From: Dehalococcoidia bacterium
Lineage (GTDB): Bacteria; Chloroflexota; Dehalococcoidia; Plut-88900
Reading direction: 5' to 3'
DNA length: 64,000 nt
Assembly: GCA_965207225.1 (NCBI GenBank)
Contig: CBDBLV010000005.1
Coordinates: forward strand, 832,001-896,000
This document shows, piece after piece, positions 59,144 to 64,000 of this stretch. Below the pieces are notes generated by a model. That model saw only the letters and a list, made by a program, of their open reading frames with translations, had not been told where the DNA came from and did not search any database. Both the position numbers and the translations under genes were made by a program. Every line of letters starts with the position of its first letter. Position 1 is the first letter of the stretch.

Positions 59144-60280
59144 ATGATCATAGACGGCCACAACTACTGCTTCCCCCAGATGGACCTGCCCCAAGGCTAC
59201 GACACCCTTGCCGAAAAGATGCGCATGCTCCAGTCGGAATACGGAGGCCACTATCAGCCGCCGTGGCGCGTGCGAGACCGGAAGCGGTTCGACAACTCGG
59301 TGCTGGTCGACCCCGAGACCGGGCAACTGAGGGACATAAGGTGGACCCGTCATAACGGCAACATCGCATGGGAGTACGAGGGTGAGATTTACACGAAGCA
59401 GCACACCCCGCCCATGCTGCACAACCTGGAGTGCTCCGCCGAGGTGATGCTTGCGGAAATGGACTACGCCGGCATTGACATGGGAGTTCTGCATACATAT
59501 CCAACCATGGGACACCCGACCCACCTGAACGCATACATTCGAGACATCACCACCCGGTTCCCGGACAGGTTCCGTCGCACCGTCTACCTGAGAGAGGCCT
59601 CCATCCCCAACGATCCCGAAGCTGCGATCAAAGCGCTGGACCGGGAGCTGGCGGCGGGAGGCGTTGTCGGGTACCAGTTCATCCCTGGGTACTACTACAA
59701 CCCCAGCGGCGGCGTTGAAGAAGGGCACGATGTACCCTGGGACAGCGGCCCCATGCGCCCCTTCTGGGACGCTCTTGCCGAGCGGAACGTGCCCGTGTAC
59801 TTCACGTTAATCGGGGGCACGGCTGGAGGGACTTACCAGGCTTCCTGGACCGACGCCTACATAGAACAGCAGCGAATCATGGTTCGGTGGATGGAACGCT
59901 ACCCGCACCTGACCGCCATGATAACCCACGGCTTCCCGTGGATGCCCTTTATGCAAGGAGAGAGAATAGTCTTCCCCGAAGAGATATGGGAGCCATTCCA
60001 GTCGCGGAACTGCTACATGCAGATAGTGATAGTGATTCAGGTCGGGCGGAAGTGGGAGTACCCGTGGAAGGAAACGGAGTCGGCGCTGCAGGAGTGTGTG
60101 GACCGCATTGGATCAGACCGGCTTATCTGGGGCACCGACATGCCAATGGTGGCCCGATTCTGCACTTATACTCAGTGCCTGGACCAATTCCGAAAACACT
60201 GTGATTTCCTGACCGACGAGCAACGCGCAGACATCCTCGGAGGCACTGCTGCAAGACTGATGGGGGTGCAATTGGCGTAG
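59144..60280 (+). CDS. Amidohydrolase family protein
   Basis: IIDGHNY, THG, LIWGTDMP. Confidence 0.8.
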   Translation: MIIDGHNYCFPQMDLPQGYDTLAEKMRMLQSEYGGHYQPPWRVRDRKRFDNSVLVDPETGQLRDIRWTRHNGNIAWEYEGEIYTKQHTPPMLHNLECSAEVMLAEMDYAGIDMGVLHTYPTMGHPTHLNAYIRDITTRFPDRFRRTVYLREASIPNDPEAAIKALDRELAAGGVVGYQFIPGYYYNPSGGVEEGHDVPWDSGPMRPFWDALAERNVPVYFTLIGGTAGGTYQASWTDAYIEQQRIMVRWMERYPHLTAMITHGFPWMPFMQGERIVFPEEIWEPFQSRNCYMQIVIVIQVGRKWEYPWKETESALQECVDRIGSDRLIWGTDMPMVARFCTYTQCLDQFRKHCDFLTDEQRADILGGTAARLMGVQLA

Positions 60281-60430
60281 GGCTCGGCGCACCACGAACA
60301 GACCGCATTTCTCGAGGCCCTGTGCTTAAGTTGCACAGGGCCTCTTGACAGGTGCCTGTGGTATCATCGTGCGCACGGCAATCGGGAAGGAATTGCCCGG
60401 TCAATAGCTGAACAATGGAGGTGGCCCTAT

Positions 60431-61609
60431 ATGTCCGCGAACTGTAATTTCGAGGTCAGTAACGATTATCAGCCAGCAGGCGTCAGGTTCAACGTGAGCC
60501 TGAAGTCGGGGGGGAACGGGAGAGCTGCCTTCTCGGTGACGGTGGACGATCTATCGTCCGGCAACCAGATCGATTTCAGCCACGGCACCTGTCCAGCCGT
60601 CCACGATTTCATGCGGGGCTACACCCGCTGGTTGAACGGTCGAGGCGGCGTGGATGCGGAAATGGGTGATAACGCCATCACCGGTCCCGCGCAGGGTGAC
60701 TACTCTGCTGGTGAACTCCTGCAGGTGGCCTCCGGCGCCGTTGACATGATCGACCAGAAGTTCCCCAACTACCGGGACCCGATCATCAGCTCCGACGCCT
60801 ACAACGATATCGTCTACCACAAGGACGACGGCGTTGCGTGGCTCATGATCAACCGCCCCGAGACCTATAACGCCAAGCGCGGCATCACCATGGACGAAAT
60901 CGCCACCGCGCTCCTCGATGCGGCGGGCGATAACTCGATTCGGGTGGTGGTTATCTCGGGGGCCGGGCCCAACGGTTTCTGCACAGGCAACGACCAGTCC
61001 TACGACCCCGACGTTGAGAACGCCATGTACTCCGGTACAGCCAGGGTAGACCTGCACAGCATCGTCCCGCAGATGCCTCAGCCGGTCATCGCAGCGGTTG
61101 ATGGCTATGCCATAGGCTCGGGCAACATCCTGGCCTATCAGTCCGATTTCACCATCGCTACGACCCGTTCGCGGTTCGGGCAGACCGGGCCCCGGGTCGG
61201 GAGTCCTGCGGCTGGCCACACCGTCGCTGAGCTTGCCGGAAGGGTTGGCCAAAAGCGAGGTAGGGAGATCTGGATGGTCTGCCAGCAGTACACTGCCCAG
61301 GAAGCCTTCGACATGGGCCTTGTGAACAAGGTCGTTGAACCCGACGGCTTGTGGGCCGAGGTGGACCGGTGGATCAAGCTGATAAAGAACGTCAGCCCCG
61401 TCATCCTCCAGATGCAGAAGATATCCTTCCTGGAGTACAACGACCACATCTGGCCGGAGGTAGGGCCCGTGCAGAAGCACATCCCCGACTTCCTGGCTTC
61501 CGAGGAGTGCATGGAGCGTAGGACCGCCTTCCTGGAGCGCCGTCCCATCGACGATTCCAAGAACCAGCCCTACGTGAAGATCCCCATCGTCTCCCGACGC
61601 GGAGAATAG
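60431..61609 (+). CDS. Crotonase (MenB/BadI-like) with N-terminal extra domain
   Basis: INRPETYNA, FCTGNDQS, GYAIGSG, FGQTGPRVGS; ~115-aa unrelated N-terminus. Confidence 0.8.
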   Translation: MSANCNFEVSNDYQPAGVRFNVSLKSGGNGRAAFSVTVDDLSSGNQIDFSHGTCPAVHDFMRGYTRWLNGRGGVDAEMGDNAITGPAQGDYSAGELLQVASGAVDMIDQKFPNYRDPIISSDAYNDIVYHKDDGVAWLMINRPETYNAKRGITMDEIATALLDAAGDNSIRVVVISGAGPNGFCTGNDQSYDPDVENAMYSGTARVDLHSIVPQMPQPVIAAVDGYAIGSGNILAYQSDFTIATTRSRFGQTGPRVGSPAAGHTVAELAGRVGQKRGREIWMVCQQYTAQEAFDMGLVNKVVEPDGLWAEVDRWIKLIKNVSPVILQMQKISFLEYNDHIWPEVGPVQKHIPDFLASEECMERRTAFLERRPIDDSKNQPYVKIPIVSRRGE

Positions 61610-61625
61610 GTAAAGGACAACTGGG

Positions 61626-63248
61626 ATGCGGCCCATTCAAGATATCGCCGCCACTATCGGGCTCGACGAAACGTCCATAGTCCCCTACGGTCACTACAAA
61701 GCGAAGATACCCTTGGAGTCCGTCGATACGTCGGGCTCCAGGGGGAAAATGATAGTAGTCACCGGCATTACCCCCACCCGGGCCGGTGAAGGAAAGACAA
61801 CGGTTACTGTGGGCCTGACCCAGGGCCTGGGCAAACTGGGGCAGAAGGTGATTGCCAACCTGCGGGAGCCCTCCCTTGGCCCGATATTCGGGATCAAGGG
61901 CGGCGGCACCGGCGGTGGTAAAACCACGGTCATGCCCGAGGACGAGATCAACATCCACTTCACCGGAGACGCCCACGCCGTCGGCTCGGCCCATAATCTG
62001 CTCTCCGCCCTCACGGACAACGCTGCCCAGCGAGGCCAGATCGAAGGTTTTGGACCTGAGCACATCACCTGGCGAAGGGTCACGGACGTAGAAGACCGGG
62101 CCCTTCGCATCATAATGACAGGCATTGGCGGCGAGGCTAACGCCCCCGTACGCGAGACAGGCTTCGACATAGTTACCGCCTCGGAGGTGATGGCGATCCT
62201 GGCACTGGCATCGGGACTGGAAGATCTGAGATCTCGTATAGCCCGGATAGTAGTCGGGTTCACACGGGATGGCAGACCGGTAACGGCGGACGATGTGGGG
62301 GCAGTCGGGTCCATGATGTCCCTGCTCCGCTACGCCATTCAACCCAACCTGGTACAGACTGCGGAAGGGCAGCCCGTGATGGTCCATGCCGGGCCTTTCG
62401 GCAACATCGCCCACGGGTGTAGTTCCGTAGTGGCGGACAAGCTGGGACTCGCGCTCGCAGACTACGTTGTCACGGAGGCGGGCTTCGGGGCCGACCTGGG
62501 CTTCGAGAAGTTCATGCACATCAAGGCCCGTTTCAACGACGTCGAGCCCCATGCAGCGGTAATCGTGGCTTCAGTCAAGGCGCTCAAGTCCCATGCTGGC
62601 ATTCCCCTGTCGCAGCTAAACGAAGGCAACCCCCGGGCTGTCGTTGACGGTATGCCGAACTTGCTGCACCTTATCGGGATGATCCGTAGCTTCAACCTGC
62701 CGGTTGTCGTCGCCGTCAACCGCTTCCCGGCGGATACTGACGAAGAGATAGCCACGGTGCGAGGAGCCGTAGACGGACTCGACGGAGTGCAGTCTGCGGA
62801 AAGTCGGGGCTTCATCGAGGGCGGTGACGGATGCCTGGAACTGGCCCGGGCCGTAATGGATGCCAGCGCAGGGGAAAAGCCTGAAATCTCCTACCTCTAC
62901 CCGGAAGATGCTACCACTGAAGAAAAGGTGCTCGCCCTGGCCCAAAAGGTCTACAACGCCGACGATGTGGCCTGGGCCCCGGCAGCCCGCAGAAGACTGA
63001 AGACCTACGAGGATATGGGATGGGGCAAATGGCCCGTCTGCATGGCCAAGACCAACCTGTCCATTTCCCACAATGCGCGGCTGAAGGGAAGGCCATCGGG
63101 ATATACGTTTGAAATATCGGACGTCAGGGCGTCGGCGGGGGCCGGATTCATCTATCCGCTGGCCGGGACCATGGTGACAATGCCCGGACTGCCGGCTTCT
63201 CCGCGGGCCTTGGACGTAGACGAGAAAGGCAACATACTGGGGTTGTAA
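61626..63248 (+). CDS. fhs: Formate--tetrahydrofolate ligase
   Basis: TPTRAGEGKTT, REPSLGP, HAGPFGNIAHG, TEAGFGADLG, CMAKT, TMPGL. Confidence 0.97.
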   Translation: MRPIQDIAATIGLDETSIVPYGHYKAKIPLESVDTSGSRGKMIVVTGITPTRAGEGKTTVTVGLTQGLGKLGQKVIANLREPSLGPIFGIKGGGTGGGKTTVMPEDEINIHFTGDAHAVGSAHNLLSALTDNAAQRGQIEGFGPEHITWRRVTDVEDRALRIIMTGIGGEANAPVRETGFDIVTASEVMAILALASGLEDLRSRIARIVVGFTRDGRPVTADDVGAVGSMMSLLRYAIQPNLVQTAEGQPVMVHAGPFGNIAHGCSSVVADKLGLALADYVVTEAGFGADLGFEKFMHIKARFNDVEPHAAVIVASVKALKSHAGIPLSQLNEGNPRAVVDGMPNLLHLIGMIRSFNLPVVVAVNRFPADTDEEIATVRGAVDGLDGVQSAESRGFIEGGDGCLELARAVMDASAGEKPEISYLYPEDATTEEKVLALAQKVYNADDVAWAPAARRRLKTYEDMGWGKWPVCMAKTNLSISHNARLKGRPSGYTFEISDVRASAGAGFIYPLAGTMVTMPGLPASPRALDVDEKGNILGL

Positions 63249-63325
63249 GGGGTCGGTGGGGAGAAGGCTGTGATAGCATTAGATTCCGGCGGAATAGACC
63301 GGATGAAATATCAGGAGGAGCGGTA

Positions 63326-63616
63326 ATGTATCTAGTAAGGCGAGTATGCAGGACGGCACCGGGCAAGGCCGGCGATGTAGCGGCCGTTCTGGACAAGATC
63401 TGCGCAGCCTATGAGAAAAACGGTCGGTCCAAGGCTACCATCTATAAGGGCATGTTAGGCGGAGACACCGACGTCGTTTACTGCGAGTGGATGCAGGACA
63501 CGATCAAGCCTGCCACAGCCGATGAAATTCCCGCTTCGGTCTACACCGACGACGCGGAAATGCGGCCTCATCTTCTGAGTTACGACCTGGAAGTGTACGA
63601 AGCATTAGCACGGTAA
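63326..63616 (+). CDS. Hypothetical protein (small alpha/beta barrel-like)
   Basis: 96 aa with AGGAGG RBS. Confidence 0.6.
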   Translation: MYLVRRVCRTAPGKAGDVAAVLDKICAAYEKNGRSKATIYKGMLGGDTDVVYCEWMQDTIKPATADEIPASVYTDDAEMRPHLLSYDLEVYEALAR

Positions 63617-63742
63617 TGGTCGGAAGAGGGGCCGGATAATTCGGCCCGGAATCCAACAGAGTTGAGAAACCCTGCGTCAAAATCCGACGGCCTATGAAGG
63701 TCGGGCACGGAGGGTTCTCGTAACCGGACGTACGTAACTGGA

Positions 63743-64000
63743 ATGATCTCACGCAGACTGACTGCAGACCCGTTCCGCCAGGACACGGAACACAAGACCG
63801 GGTTACAAGCTGTTTACCAAAAAGTGGTGATCAGCATCCTGGTCTTCGTGCCTCTTGCAGCGACTGTATATGCCATATACGCGACCTGGGGCAGGCTGGT
63901 GGACTGGCTGGACCTGACACTGCTGTTCATCCTGTACCTCCTGGTGGGGTTGGGGGTCACCATAGGATTCCACCGTTATTTGGCCCACGGCAGCTTCAAG
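63743..64000 (+). CDS. Acyl-CoA (delta-9-type) desaturase, runs off the window
   Basis: Manual translation: two TM helices, then GVTIGFHRYLAHGSFK (His box 1). Confidence 0.85.
   Translation, partial: MISRRLTADPFRQDTEHKTGLQAVYQKVVISILVFVPLAATVYAIYATWGRLVDWLDLTLLFILYLLVGLGVTIGFHRYLAHGSFK

Noticed and set aside
60551-62552. Long antisense ORFs (60551..61636, 61401..62552, and similar ones elsewhere such as 54188..55009)
   Set aside because: Shadow frames of high-GC genes with clear products on the opposite strand
1-64000. CRISPR array or cas operon
   Set aside because: No regularly spaced repeat-spacer array seen. The Cas4/RecB-like gene at 1-359 has no cas neighbours in the window.

Overview
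GC-rich bacterial chromosome segment. Gene content (CoA-transferases, amidohydrolases, Rieske oxygenase, Rid proteins, selenoproteins, rplU-rpmA-rpmE, fhs) is compatible with a Dehalococcoidia/SAR202-like Chloroflexota, which is an inference. The core regions (1-18.7 kb and 48.2-64 kb) are interrupted by a ~29.4 kb integrative island (about 18755-48132) inserted at the 3' end of tRNA-Ser(GCT). The island is bounded by a perfect 20-bp direct repeat and encodes a P4-type tyrosine integrase and a Replic_Relax-like protein. It is a dense defence island. Its cargo: a prokaryotic viperin coupled to an XRE-HTH/TPR protein; an unannotated ~410-nt highly structured RNA-like region abutting a tRNA-like element with a Leu-type body and a Pro anticodon; a PLD nuclease plus three P-loop ATPase cluster that I cannot match to a named system; an m5C restriction-modification pair with a Mig-like T:G glycosylase; a decayed DGQHR gene; and an HTH-nuclease-STAND / nuclease / TIR-Zn trio. 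Core-region items missed by the ORF track include two UGA-recoded selenoproteins, a CTG-start MoaD with a tail after Gly-Gly, and a tandem pair of small membrane proteins. All product calls come from motif recognition by eye; no database searches were run.
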